The position numbers were made by a program, and so were the translations under genes. A stretch of 64,000 nucleotides of DNA, taken from Scyliorhinus canicula (Eukaryota). Positions 37,182-48,016 of the stretch are shown here, piece after piece. The notes under the pieces were generated by a model, which saw nothing but the letters and a program-made list of their open reading frames with translations, was not told the DNA's origin and did not search any database. The number at the start of each line of letters is the position of its first letter. Within the stretch, counting starts at the first letter, position 1. The stretch lies in contig NC_052146.1 in the NCBI RefSeq assembly GCF_902713615.1, positions 144,377,875 through 144,441,874 on the forward strand, in the 5' to 3' direction.

Positions 37182-39290
37182 ATAAGACCATAAGACATAG
37201 GAGTGGAAGTAAGGCCATTCGGCCCATCGAGTCCACTCCACCATTCAATCATGGTTGATTTCAACTCCATTTACCCGCTCTCTCCCCATAGCCCTTAATT
37301 CCTCGAGAAATCAAGAATTTATCAATTTCTGTCTTAAAGACACTCAATGTCCCGGCCTCCACCGCCCTCTGTGGCAATGAATTCCACAGACCTACCACTC
37401 TCTGGCTGAAGAAATTTCTCCTCATCTCTGTTCTAAAGTGACTCCCTTTTATTCTAAGGCTGTGCCCCCGCGTCCTAGTCTCCCCTGCTAATGGAAACAA
37501 CTTCCCTACGTCCATCCTATCCAAGCCATTCATTATCTTGTACGTTTCTATTAGATCTCCCCTCAACCTCCTAAACTCCAATGAATATAATCCCACGATC
37601 CTCAGACGTTCATCGTATGTTAGGCCTACCATTCCTGGGATCATCCGTGTGAATCTCCGCTGGACCCGCTCCAGTGCCAGTATGTCCTTCCTGAGGTATG
37701 GGGCCCAAAATTGCTCACAGTATTCTAAATGGGGCCTAACTAGTGCTTTATAAAGCCTCAGAAGTACATCCCTGCTTTTATATTCCAAGCCTCTTGAGAT
37801 AAATGACAACATTACATTTGCTTTCTTAATTACGGACTCAACCTGCAAGTTTACCTTTAGAGAATCCTGGACTAGGACTCCCAAGTCCCTTTGCACTTTA
37901 GCATTATGAATTGTGTCACCGTTTAGAAAATAGTCCATGCCTCTATTCTTTTTTCCAAAGTGCAAGACCTCGCACTTGCCCACGTTGAATTTCATCAGCC
38001 ACTTCTTGGACCATTCTCCTAAACTGTCTAAATCTTTCTGCAGCCTCCCCACCTCCTCAATACTACCTGCCCCTCCACCTATCTTTGTATCATCGGCAAA
38101 CTTGGCCAGAATGCCCCCAGTCCCGTCATCTAGATCGTTAATATATAAAGAGAACAGCTGAGGCCCCAACACTGAACCCTGCGGGACACCACTTGTCACC
38201 GGTTGCCATTCCGAAAAAGAACCTTTTATCCCAACTCTCTGCCTTCTGTCTGACAGCCAATCGTCAATCCATGTTAGTACCTTGCCTCGAATACCATGGG
38301 CCCTTATTTTACTCAGCAGTCTCCCGTGAAGCACCTTGTCAAAGGCCTTTTGGAAGTCAAGATAGATAACATCCATTGGCTCTCCTTGGTCTAACCTATT
38401 TGTTATCTCTTCAAAGAACTCTAACAGGTTTGTCAGGCACGACCTCCCCTTACTAAATCCATGCTGACTTGTCCTAATCCGACCCTGCACTTCCAAGAAT
38501 TTAGAAATCTCATCCTTAACGATGGATTCTAGAATTTTGCCAACAAACGAGGTTAGGCTAATTGGCCTATAATTTTCCATCTTTTTTCTTGTTCCCTTCT
38601 TGAACAGGGGGGTTACAACAGCGATTTTCCAATCCTCTGGGACTTTCCCTGATTTCAGTGACTTTTGAAAGATCATAACTAACGCCTCCACTATTTCTTC
38701 AGCTATCTCCTTTAGAACTCTAGGATGTAGCCTATCTGGGCCCGGAGATTTATCAATTTTCAGACCTTTTAGTTTCTCTAGCACCTTCTCCTTTGTGATG
38801 GCAACCATATTCAACTCTGCCCCCTGACTTTCCTGAATTGTTGGGATATTACTCATGTCTTCTACTGTGAAGACTGACGCAAAGTACTTATTAAGTTCCT
38901 CAGCTATTTCCTTGTCTCCCATCACTAGATTACCAGCGTCATTTTGGAGCGGCCCAATGTCTACTTTTGCCTCCCGTTTGTTTTTAATGTATTTAAAGAA
39001 ACTTTTACTATCATTCCTAATGTTACTGGCTAGCCTACCTTAATATTTGATCCTCTCCTTCCTTATTTCTCTCTTTGTTATCCTCTGTTTGTTTTTGTAG
39101 CCTTCCCAATCTTCTGACTTCCCACTACTCTTTGCCACATTATAGGCTCTCTCTTTTGCCTTGATGCATTCCCTGACTTCCTTTGTCAGCCATGGCTGCC
39201 TAATCCTCCCTCTGATAACCTTTCTTTTCTTTGGGATGAACCTCTGCACTGTGTCCTCAATTACTCCCAGAAACTCCTGCCATTGCTGTC
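37182..39290 (-). mobile_element. Young 5'-truncated CR1 (HER1-type) LINE
   Basis: 554-aa open RT frame, a short 3' UTR and a (CTTATG)-like terminal repeat. Confidence 0.96.
37261..38925 (-). CDS. CR1 ORF2 reverse transcriptase domain and C-terminus (partial, no endonuclease)
   Basis: Motifs: KSPGPD, NYRPISLTS, YLDFQKAFDKV, GVPQGSVLGP, KFADDTK, DLGV, ERVQRRFTRMI. The frame continues upstream past a single TAA at 39040-39042. Confidence 0.9.
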   Translation of the reverse strand: MMGDKEIAEELNKYFASVFTVEDMSNIPTIQESQGAELNMVAITKEKVLEKLKGLKIDKSPGPDRLHPRVLKEIAEEIVEALVMIFQKSLKSGKVPEDWKIAVVTPLFKKGTRKKMENYRPISLTSFVGKILESIVKDEISKFLEVQGRIRTSQHGFSKGRSCLTNLLEFFEEITNRLDQGEPMDVIYLDFQKAFDKVLHGRLLSKIRAHGIRGKVLTWIDDWLSDRRQRVGIKGSFSEWQPVTSGVPQGSVLGPQLFSLYINDLDDGTGGILAKFADDTKIGGGAGSIEEVGRLQKDLDSLGEWSKKWLMKFNVGKCEVLHFGKKNRGMDYFLNGDTIHNAKVQRDLGVLVQDSLKVNLQVESVIKKANVMLSFISRGLEYKSRDVLLRLYKALVRPHLEYCEQFWAPYLRKDILALERVQRRFTRMIPGMVGLTYDERLRIVGLYSLEFRRLRGDLIETYKIMNGLDRMDVGKLFPLAGETRTRGHSLRIKGSHFRTEMRRNFFSQRVVGLWNSLPQRAVEAGTLSVFKTEIDKFLISRGIKGYGERAGKWS

Positions 39291-39719
39291 CTGATCAATA
39301 GTGTGCCTATACACATCCTGTTCTCTAATTAGAACATCTAATTCTAATTTACTTTCTGAGCAAAACAGCTTAATTATTGGGGGTTTTACTGAGTTACAGG
39401 GTAGAATCTTGTGCTCTCACTGGTGGTGAGCTTGGAAATGGGAAGGGAATGTAACTAGACAGGCTGGTGGTTTACTGGAACCCACCACTGCAATCCCACA
39501 TCCACCTGAATTAAGTACTGGATGGGAAGACCAATGGTTGACCTTCCTGCACCTTCTTCAATTGAGGTCCTTAAGGGGCCAATGAAGAACCACAAAGCCT
39601 TCATCTCACCACTTTTGGTATTAACCCAGTTGCAGGCAGGCCTGATGGCCTACATATGCATGATTGGTAAACCTGTCTGGGCTGTTTGATGTCTCTGGAG
39701 AATAGCGGGTTGGAATAGG

Positions 39720-40362
39720 GGGCTGGATTCTCCAATAATGGGGCTAGGTCCCCACGCCAGTGTAAAAACGCAGGTGTTTCACTCTGGACTTTTCTTAAGA
39801 AAGTCCGCAGCGATTCTCCCATCTGTAGGGGGCTGGCAGGGCCTGGGAGTGGTTTTTGCAGCTCTGGCTACGGATACGGGGCCCCGCACTTCCGATCGGG
39901 AGTCCGTGCATGTGCATGGTGGCGACCACCGTGCGACATCGCAGACTCGGACCGTGGAGCGGCACCAAAAATGTAGGCCCCCTCAGGATTGCGCGCACCC
40001 GCGTCCGTGATGCCCGATCGCTCCCTGGCCGTCCATGAGGCCCCCCCCCCAGTGAACAATCTGCCAGCCTCACACCAGGGCGGCCGCGGACTGAGTCCGC
40101 AGCCGACGTTCCCGACGGCCGATAGGTGGTTAGAACCGTGCCATCGGGAACTCGACCAGTTGTGCGCGGAGATTCACGGGAGGACCTCTGTTAATGGCCC
40201 CCTACCCGCGTCGCGTAGTTCGCGTGCGTGAGACTCCCGAGCGATTCTCTGGGGACCAGAGAATCGTGGGAGCAGCGCCGGTCCGAATTTTCGGGGTGAC
40301 AACCATTCTCTGCCTCCCGCGCTGAATGCGATTTCAGCCCGGAGGCTGAGAGAATCCAGCCC
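39720..40362. mobile_element. Full-length Harbinger-type MITE
   Basis: TIRs GGGCTGGATTCTC/GAGAATCCAGCCC and TSD AGG (39717-39719 and 40363-40365). Confidence 0.9.
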
Positions 40363-41014
40363 AGGGAGTCCCTCAATCAAAGGAATTAAGCGTTTGATTG
40401 AGGGATTAGACTTCAGGAAGGCAGGCCAGCCCCAACTGGACATGCCCCAACATCCCACAGCCCCCATCCCACAAACCTCCGCCTTCCACATCACGTTCCT
40501 ATGTTCTGGGTTGCCACATTCCCTTGGATCTCTGCAACCTTTCCTTCTGGCAACAGCCACAACTTCCCCAGTTGTGCTGACTACAGCTCCACCCATATGA
40601 ACAGTCTTTCCCCCCATCGATGTTTCCCTTTGGACTTTTTCTGGAGCTGGATCTTCAAATTGTCCTGACAACCTCTTACCCTCCCTCTGTCCCCCACCAG
40701 CCTCCAGCCCCCAACCCCCCATCACCGTACCCCTCCCAAAATGTTACCTTCACTCTCTTCTCAGTTACCCTAAAAACTCCCCCCATCACCCTCAACCCTA
40801 TCACTGTTAATCTGCCAGTGGTGATCCAGCACTGTGTAATTGTGTGTGTGCCTGTATTAGGGGATGTACAGCAGTACCTGTATTACAGGTTTACCGGTAG
40901 CCCCTGCCGGCTAACTCCGCCCACCATGACGGTCGCTTCTCGTAATGTACAGTTCTACCCTGCTCGCCGCGTGGCCCACCCATCCTACACCTCGTGGACC
41001 CCGCAACTGACCCC

Positions 41015-43872
41015 CCCCTCAAATTCAGCGGGCCCCTACCCCCACTCACCGTTTGCGGCCTCAGGACCCTCAAAAGTGACCCTCCCTCCCTCTTTGCCAA
41101 TCTGACTGCAGATTGCAAGCCCGTCGCCACCAGGAGCAGACGGTACAGCACCCAGGTCAAGACCTTCATCAGATCCGAAGTCCAGCAGCTGCTTCGGGAG
41201 GGTATTATCAAGGCCAGCAACAGCCCCTGGAGAGCTCAAGTGTTGGTGGTTAACACTGGGGAGAAACACAGGATGGTCATGGAGTACAGCCAGACCATCA
41301 ATTGGTACATGCAGCTCGACGCGTACTCCCTCCCTCGCAACACGGTAGCATTGTGGATAGCACAAATGCTTCACAGCTCAAGGGTCCCAGGTTCGATTCC
41401 GGCTTGGATCACTGTCTGTGCGGAGTCTGCACATCCTCCCCGTGTGTGCGTGGGTTTCCTCCGGGTCCTCCGGTTTCCTCCCGCAGTCCAAAGATGTGCA
41501 GGTTAGGTGGATTGGCCATGATAAATTGCCCTTTGTGTCCAAAATTGCCCTTAGTGTTGGGTGGGGTTACTAGGTTATGGGAATAGGGTGGAGGTGTTGA
41601 CCCTGGGTGGGGTGCTCGTTCCAAGAGCCGGTGCAGACTCGATGGGCCGAATGGCCTCCTTCTGCACTGTAAATTCTATGAAACAAAAAATCTGATATGG
41701 TCAGTCAGATTGCACAGTACCGGGTCTTCTCAACGATTGACCTGAAATCCGCGTACCACCAGCTCCCCATCCGTAAATCGGTCCTACACTGGCTTCGAGG
41801 CGGACGGTCACCTCTATCAATTTCTTAGGGTTCCCTTCGGCGTCACTAACGGGGTCTCGGTCTTCCAAAGAGAAATGGACCGAATGGTTGACCGGTACGG
41901 ACTGCGGGCCACATTTCCGTACTTAGACAATGTCACCATCTGCGGCCATGACCAGCAGGACCACGACGCGAACTGTGCCAAATATCTCCACACCGCATCT
42001 CTCCTCAACCTCACTTATAACAAGGAGAAGTGCGTATTCAGCACAAACCGCTTAGCCATCCTTGGCTACGTAGTCCAAAATGGACTCCTGGGGCCGAATC
42101 CCGACTGCATGTGCCCCGCATGGAGCTCCCCCTTCCCCACTGCCCCAAGGGCCTCAAACGCTGCCTGGTGTTCTTCTCCTACTACGCCCAGTGGGTCCCT
42201 CAATACGCAGACAAGGCCCATCCACTGATATAGTCAACTCAATTTCCCCTCACGGCCGAGGCACAACAGGCCTTTGCCCATATTCGCTCAGACATAGCCA
42301 AGACCGGGATGCACGCAGTAGATGAGACACTGCCCTTTCAAGTAGAGAGCGACGCTTCAGATGTCGCCCTTGCCGCCACTCTAAACCAGGCAGGCAGACC
42401 CGTGGCATTCTTTTCCCGCACCCTCCATACCACCGAAATTCGACATTCGTCTGTTGAAAAGGAGGCCCAGGCAATCGTTGAAGCGGTGCGGCACCGGAGG
42501 CATTACATGGCCGGCAGGAGATTCACTCTCCTCACTGACCAACGGTCGGTAGTCTTCATGTTCAACAACATGCAGCAGGGCAAGATCAAAAACAATAAAA
42601 TCTTGCGGCGGAGAATCGAGCTCTCCACCTATAATTACAAGATCTTGCATCGACCCGGCAAGATCAACGAGCCCCCAGACGCCCTCTCCCGAGGTACATG
42701 TGCCAGCGCACAAGTGTATCAGCTCCGTGCCCTGCACGACAGCCTTTGCCATCCGGGGGTCACTCGGTTGTACCACCTAGTCAAAGCCCGCAATCTGCCA
42801 TACTCTGTCGAGGAAGTACGGACAGTCACCAGAGACTGCCAGGTCTGTGCGGAGTGCAAGCCGCACTTCTACCGGCCAGACCGCGCGCCTGGTGAAAGCA
42901 TTCCGCCCCTTTGAACGCCTCAGCGTGGATTTCATAGGGCCCCTCCCCTCCACCGACCGCAACACGTATATCCTTAGTGTGGTCGATGAATTCTCTAGCT
43001 TCCCCTTCGCCATCCCAGGCCCGGATATGACGTCTGCCACCGTCATCAAGGCCCTCAATTCCATATTCGCTCTGTTTGGTTTCCCCGACTATATCCACAG
43101 GGACAGGGGATCCTCGTTCATGAGCGATGAGCTGCGTCAGTTCCTGCTCAGCAGGGGTATCGCCTCCAGCAGGACGACCAGCTGCAACCCCCGGGGAAAC
43201 GGACAGGTAGAGAGGGAGAACGGGACAGTTTGGAGGGCCGTCCAGCTGGCCCTATGGTCCAGAAACCTCCCAGCCGCTTGCTGGCAACAGGTCCTCCTGG
43301 ATGCATTGCATTCCATCCGGTCTCTACTGTGCACTGCCACGAATAACACGCCCCATGAACGTGTTTTTAGCTTCTCTAGGAAGTCTACATCCAGGGTGTT
43401 GTTCCCGACTTGGCTCGCAGCTCCAGGGCCGGTTCTACTGCGTCGGCATGTCAGACTCCGCAAGGCGGACCCTTTGGTGGATAGGGTATGCCTGCTCCAC
43501 GCCAACCCCCAGTATGCCTACGTGTAGTTCCCTGACGGCCGCCAGGATACGGTCTCGCTCAGGGACCTGGCTCCCTCGGGTGCCGATCCCACTCCCACAC
43601 ATCTCCCCACCCACGCGCCACCCTTCCCTCCCCTGGCGCTCCCAGCATCAGCCCCACCAGGTCCATCCCTCTTTCCCCTGCCCACACTAGAGAACATGGA
43701 AGATTTTGGCATGCTCCCGGAGTCATCCAGCCACTGGCCAGCACCAACACCGCCAGCACCAACACCGCCAGCATCGATGCCGTCGATGCCGAAACCGCCT
43801 GTACAGACGTCGCCACCACTCTTGCGTCGCTCTCAACGAACCGTCAGACGACCGGTCAGGCTTAACCTCTGA
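41015..43872 (+). pseudogene. pol: Gypsy pol (RT, RNase H, integrase), disrupted
   Basis: Motifs: SNSPWRAQV, FSTIDLKSAYHQ, FPYLDNVTICG, VESDASD, EKEAQAIVEAV, CHPGV..CQVCAEC, DFIGP, DRGSSF, NGQVEREN, LRRSQRTVRRPVRLNL. Clearly homologous to element 1. Confidence 0.95.
41337..41690 (+). mobile_element. HE1-type V-SINE inserted in the Gypsy RT
   Basis: Splits the DAY.LPR|(I)SDMV motif. Confidence 0.93.
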
Positions 43873-43991
43873 CGGGCACCAGGTTGCAAGATGGACACTT
43901 AATTTTTTTCCCCTCCCCTCTGTAAATAATTCACGGATTATGTATATAGTTCCACGTCACCCCCGCCGGACTTATTTTAACAGGGGGTGAA

Positions 43992-44233
43992 TGTGGTGAT
44001 CCACCACTGTGTAATTGTGTGTGTGCCTGTATTAGGGGATGTACGACAGTACCTGTATTACAGGTTTGCCAGTAGCCCCTGCCGGCTAGCTCCGCCCACA
44101 GGGAGCAGTATAAATATGTATGAGTTCTCCTGAGCTGCCATTCTACCAGCTGTAGTCGAAGGATAAACTTCTCACTGTAATAATGCCTCTCTTGTACCGA
44201 TTTGAGTCTTTAAGTTCAATTGATAGCGCATCA
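43992..44233 (+). repeat. Complete 3' LTR (242 bp) of Gypsy element 2
   Basis: TGTGGTG...GCATCA ends, GC box CTCCGCCC, and TATAAATA near 44109. Confidence 0.92.
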
Positions 44234-45304
44234 CTACCCATGCCTTACCTTCTCGCTGGCCCACCCTCATAATTGTTCCTATGCCCGCACTGATCTTCCC
44301 CATTCCCATGATCACTTAACCCCTCAGTGATGCTGCCAGCTGAGAACGACACCTGCCACACTCAGACCTTCACACTCACATCCTACCACATCCCACTTCT
44401 ACTCACAGTCACCATCCCCTCATATCACCAGCAACTCCCAGCTCTACTCCTGAAGCTCCAATGTCGAATTGACTGACCACTTCCTCTGAAGTATTGTGGT
44501 CCCTCCTCTCCTCTCCTTCCCCTTCATGTCTTCCCTCCCCTCCATGTCTCCCTCTCCTTCACTCCATCCACAACTCCCCCCTGTTCTCATCCAGACTTTC
44601 CTCTCTGGGTGCACGGTGGAGTAGAAGATTTGACAGGGGCATAGAATTCTGGTCTGCTCTATTTGTATTGCAGATGCATGAGTTGCAAAGTGGGTTACCG
44701 TCGAGCTTCAGTGGGTGACCTGGCCTGCCATCAACCTGCCGAAAATGTCAGGAAGGGAGGAGCCCAACCTGGTTTCCCGACGTCCCGAAACTGATTTTTT
44801 TGCTCCCCACTACATTCTCCACCACCCCCACCTCGAATTTTGAATGCCAGGATGTTGCAATGGGGGAGAAAAATTCCGATTTAGCCGATAATTTTTACAT
44901 TGGTAGGATAGTTGTGAGATCAATGGGGTGGTATGAATGTTTACCAGTGGGCACACAACAGATGATGTACACTGGCCATCTGATATATATCCTTCTTGAT
45001 TAGCATCCCGACTAATCCACAGCCACCAAACTGTTTTTCCTTGAAATCCCTTGAATAATATCTGGAGTAGTTCTTTCTGCTCAAGCTTGGTGTTTGATAG
45101 AGAATTAGTATTCTTATCCTGTTAATATTGCACTGATAATGTCAGGAAATTAATTCTGAAATGAATTTGAAATGTTCTGCTGATGATCTTCGGATACATA
45201 AATTTATTTGATCAATGGAAGTCTGTTAGTTCCATCCTTCTTGCTGCAATGGAACAGAATAAATACAATTGTTATGTATTAATATAGCTAGATTATACAT
45301 TGAG

Positions 45305-45590
45305 GGACTCATCTATAAAATCGAGGCTGCCACTTCACTGTACGTGCAGTGCTGATAAATGCTGCGCTGCTGGAGGTGCCTTTTGTGGACGAGACAATAA
45401 ACCTTTCGGTTGGATATAAATGAATCTGTGCCATAATTTCAAAGAATTACAGCTGAGTTCTTCCCACTGACCTGGTGAATATTTATCCATTAATAAATAA
45501 TACTTAAAACAGATGAGTTGGTCATCATCGCACTGTATCAATAATTACATTGTTCAGACAATTGCGTTTTAAAGACAGGTGACTAAGCAT
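45305..45590 (+). mobile_element. Decayed Deu-domain SINE (SacSINE1/AmnSINE1-related)
   Basis: GCTGCTGGAGGTGCCTTTTGTGGACGAGACAATAAACC resembles the Deu core GGAGGTGCCGTCTTTCGGATGAGACGTTAAACC. Confidence 0.6.
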
Positions 45591-45609
45591 TAGCTCGAGG
45601 ACGACCATC

Positions 45610-45865
45610 GGATAGGATCCCTACAGTGCAGAAGGAGGCCATTCAGAACCATCGAGTCTGCACCAACCCTCCGAAAGAGAACCCTAACTAGGCCCCCGCC
45701 CCACACCACCCCCTGTATCCCAGTAACCCCACCTTGTATTTTGGACATTAAGGGGCACCTTAACATGGCTAATCCACCTAACCTGCACATCTATGGACAG
45801 TGGGAGGAAACTCGAGCACCCGGATGGACTCCAAGCAGACATGGGGAGAATGTGCGAACTCAATG
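45610..45865 (-). mobile_element. HE1-type V-SINE, head missing
   Basis: CR1-like tail and V-domain only. Confidence 0.8.
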
Positions 45866-45887
45866 TGGATTTTGGTGTAGTGGTAAT

Positions 45888-46595
45888 GGGCGCGATTCTC
45901 CGCAAATGCGGAGAGTCGTGAAGGCTGCCGTGAAACTGGCCGTGTTTCACGGCAGCCTCCGCGCCCCCTCCCGGGACCCGATTCTGCTCCCCGGTCGGGG
46001 CTAGCAGCGGGGCCCCGTGAACCTCGGCATCACAGGCTTAGCGAACTTCGCTAAGCCCACGCACCAAGGGTAACGGCGGCTGATGCGCACGATTATGTCA
46101 GCCGCGCATGCGCGGATTGGACGGTTCCAACCCGCGCATGCGCGGATGATGTCATCACGCATATGCGTGAAGCCCGCGCATGTCCCTCAGCCGCCCCGTG
46201 GACTGATCCAGCGGGGCGGCGGAGGAACAAAGAGTGCGCGGGGTTCGGACCCGCTGCCCGCGATCGGTGGGCACCGATCGCGGGTCCGTGCCACCCTTGG
46301 CACGGCCGTGGTGCGGCATGCCAATCGGTGCCATGGTTTTCGAGAACGGCACTTTGCGGCCGTTTTCACGAACTGTGAGAGCAGGTGTGTTGGAGTTCGT
46401 GAAAACAGCCGTAAAGGCCTGGGAAATCGGCCCATCGGATAGGGGAGAATAGGGAGATAGGTAAAAAAACGGCGAGCTGCGATTCATGTCGTGGGGTGGC
46501 CGTGGGGAGGGAGAATAGCGGGAGGTTGGGAAAAATGTCGGGAAGGCCCTCCCGCTATTCTCCGACCCGTCGTGGGGGGGCGGAGAATCGCGGCC
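45888..46595. mobile_element. Full-length CpG-rich Harbinger-type MITE
   Basis: TIRs GGGCGCGATTCTCC/GGAGAATCGCGGCC, with AAT and ATT flanks. Confidence 0.88.
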
Positions 46596-46682
46596 ATTCC
46601 TGGACTCGTAAGACCCAGGCTAATGCTCTCCCTGGTTCAATACAGGTTTTGGTACACAGCCTGACATGTATTCATTTAGGGG

Positions 46683-46755
46683 TGCAGCGTGGTGCAGTCG
46701 AAGTGTGCTTGGCCCACAACCCAGAGGTTACCAGATTGAAACTATTCTCATGTTA
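46683..46755 (+). pseudogene. Decayed initiator tRNA-Met copy
   Basis: By eye it aligns end to end (about 75% identity) with vertebrate tRNAi-Met AGCAGAGTGGCGCAGCGGAAGCGTGCTGGGCCCATAACCCAGAGGTCGATGGATCGAAACCATCCTCTGCTA. The anticodon is CAT>CAC and the T-stem is broken. Confidence 0.8.
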
Positions 46756-47016
46756 TGGGTTTATAAATGATCATAGTCTGTTAGTCTGTTGAGCTGTCTC
46801 AAGAATAAATCTGCCTGAAGTGAAAGAAGGGCTTTAGACTTATTCGTCCACAATAGACAAATATTAGAATTAACAGTCTGTGAGACCTTGCGGTGAGCAA
46901 AATGGCTGACATATTTAGATTATTGGTGCAAAAGGAAAAAGTGAATAAATTCTTGGAACAAGAAACATGCAAGGATATGTTGGGAAATGGGTTCAGTTTT
47001 GATCGCTCGAACAGTG

Positions 47017-48016
47017 GGCAGCACGGTAGCACAGTGGGTAGAACTGTTGCTTCACAGCTCCAGGGTCCCAGGTTCCATTCCCGGCTTGGGTCACTGTCTG
47101 TGTGGAGTCTGTACATTCTCCTCATGTCTGCGTGGGCTTCCTCCGGGTGCTCTGGTTTCCACCCACAAATCCCAAAAGACATGGGGCGGGATTCTCCGAC
47201 TCCCCGCCGGGTCGGAGAATCGCTGGGGGGGCGGCGTGTATCCCGCCCCGAGGCCGGCTGCCAAATTCTCGGGCACCAAGGGGCGGAAATCGAGCCACGT
47301 CGGTCGCGGCCGATGGCAGCGGCCTCCCTCCCCCTGGCGATTCTCCGCCCTTTGATGGGCCGAGCAGCTGCCCGTTTTTGGCCGGTCCCGCCGACATGAA
47401 TCAAACCAGGTCCGTACTGGCGTGACCTGACTCTAAGGGCAGCCTGCGGAGTCCTCGGGGGGGATCTGGCCTCCGGGGGGGGGGGGGGGGGGGGGGGGTG
47501 CTCCCACGGTGGCCTGGCCTGTGATCGACTATTGTAAACCTCCGCCATGGCCGGTGCGGAGAAGAACCTCCCTCCGCCGTGCCGGCAGGAGCGGAAGGGC
47601 TTGGTGCAGCGCCAACCGGCGGCGAAGGCCTCTGCCAGCCAACACGAGTTGGCGCATGCGCTGGGATGAAGCCAGTGCACGCTGGCACTCCTGCGCATGC
47701 GCCAACTCTCGCTGGCTGGCGGAGGCCCTTCCACGCCAGCTGGCACGGCGCCAACCCCGCTGGCGCCGGCCTAGCCCCTGAAGGTGCGGAGGATTCGACG
47801 CCGGAGTGGTTCACGCCACTCCTTGGCGCCAGTATGGCCCGCCCCGCCAGGTAGGGGGAATCCCATCCCAGCTATTAGATAATTTGTACATTCTGAATTC
47901 TTCTTCTGCGTACCTGAACAGGTGCCGGAATGTGGCGACTAGGGGCTTTTCACAGTAACTTAATTTCAGTGATAATGTAAGCCTACTTGTGACAATAAAG
48001 ATTATTATTATTATTA
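47017..48016 (+). mobile_element. HE1-head SINE with an alternative tail, split by a MITE
   Basis: HE1 head and V-domain at 47017-47183. It resumes near 47870 with the AACAGG.GCCGGAATGTGGCGACT tail and (ATT)n. Confidence 0.85.
47184..47868. mobile_element. Harbinger-type MITE
   Basis: Left TIR GGGCGGGATTCTCC, a degenerate right TIR and a G24 tract. Confidence 0.85.

Larger units (their letters stand above)
40817..44233 (+). mobile_element. Ty3/Gypsy LTR retrotransposon 2; gag and most of protease deleted
   Basis: Partial 5' LTR 40817-40924 matches the 3' LTR 43992-44233. PPT AACAGGGGGTGAA precedes 43992. TSD is CTGCC/CTACC (one mismatch). Confidence 0.95.

Noticed and set aside
46799-47854. 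Long overlapping ORFs (up to 315 aa); similar sets at 34694-35489 and 54342-55005
   Set aside because: Stop-poor GC-rich MITE and SINE sequence with no recognisable domains.
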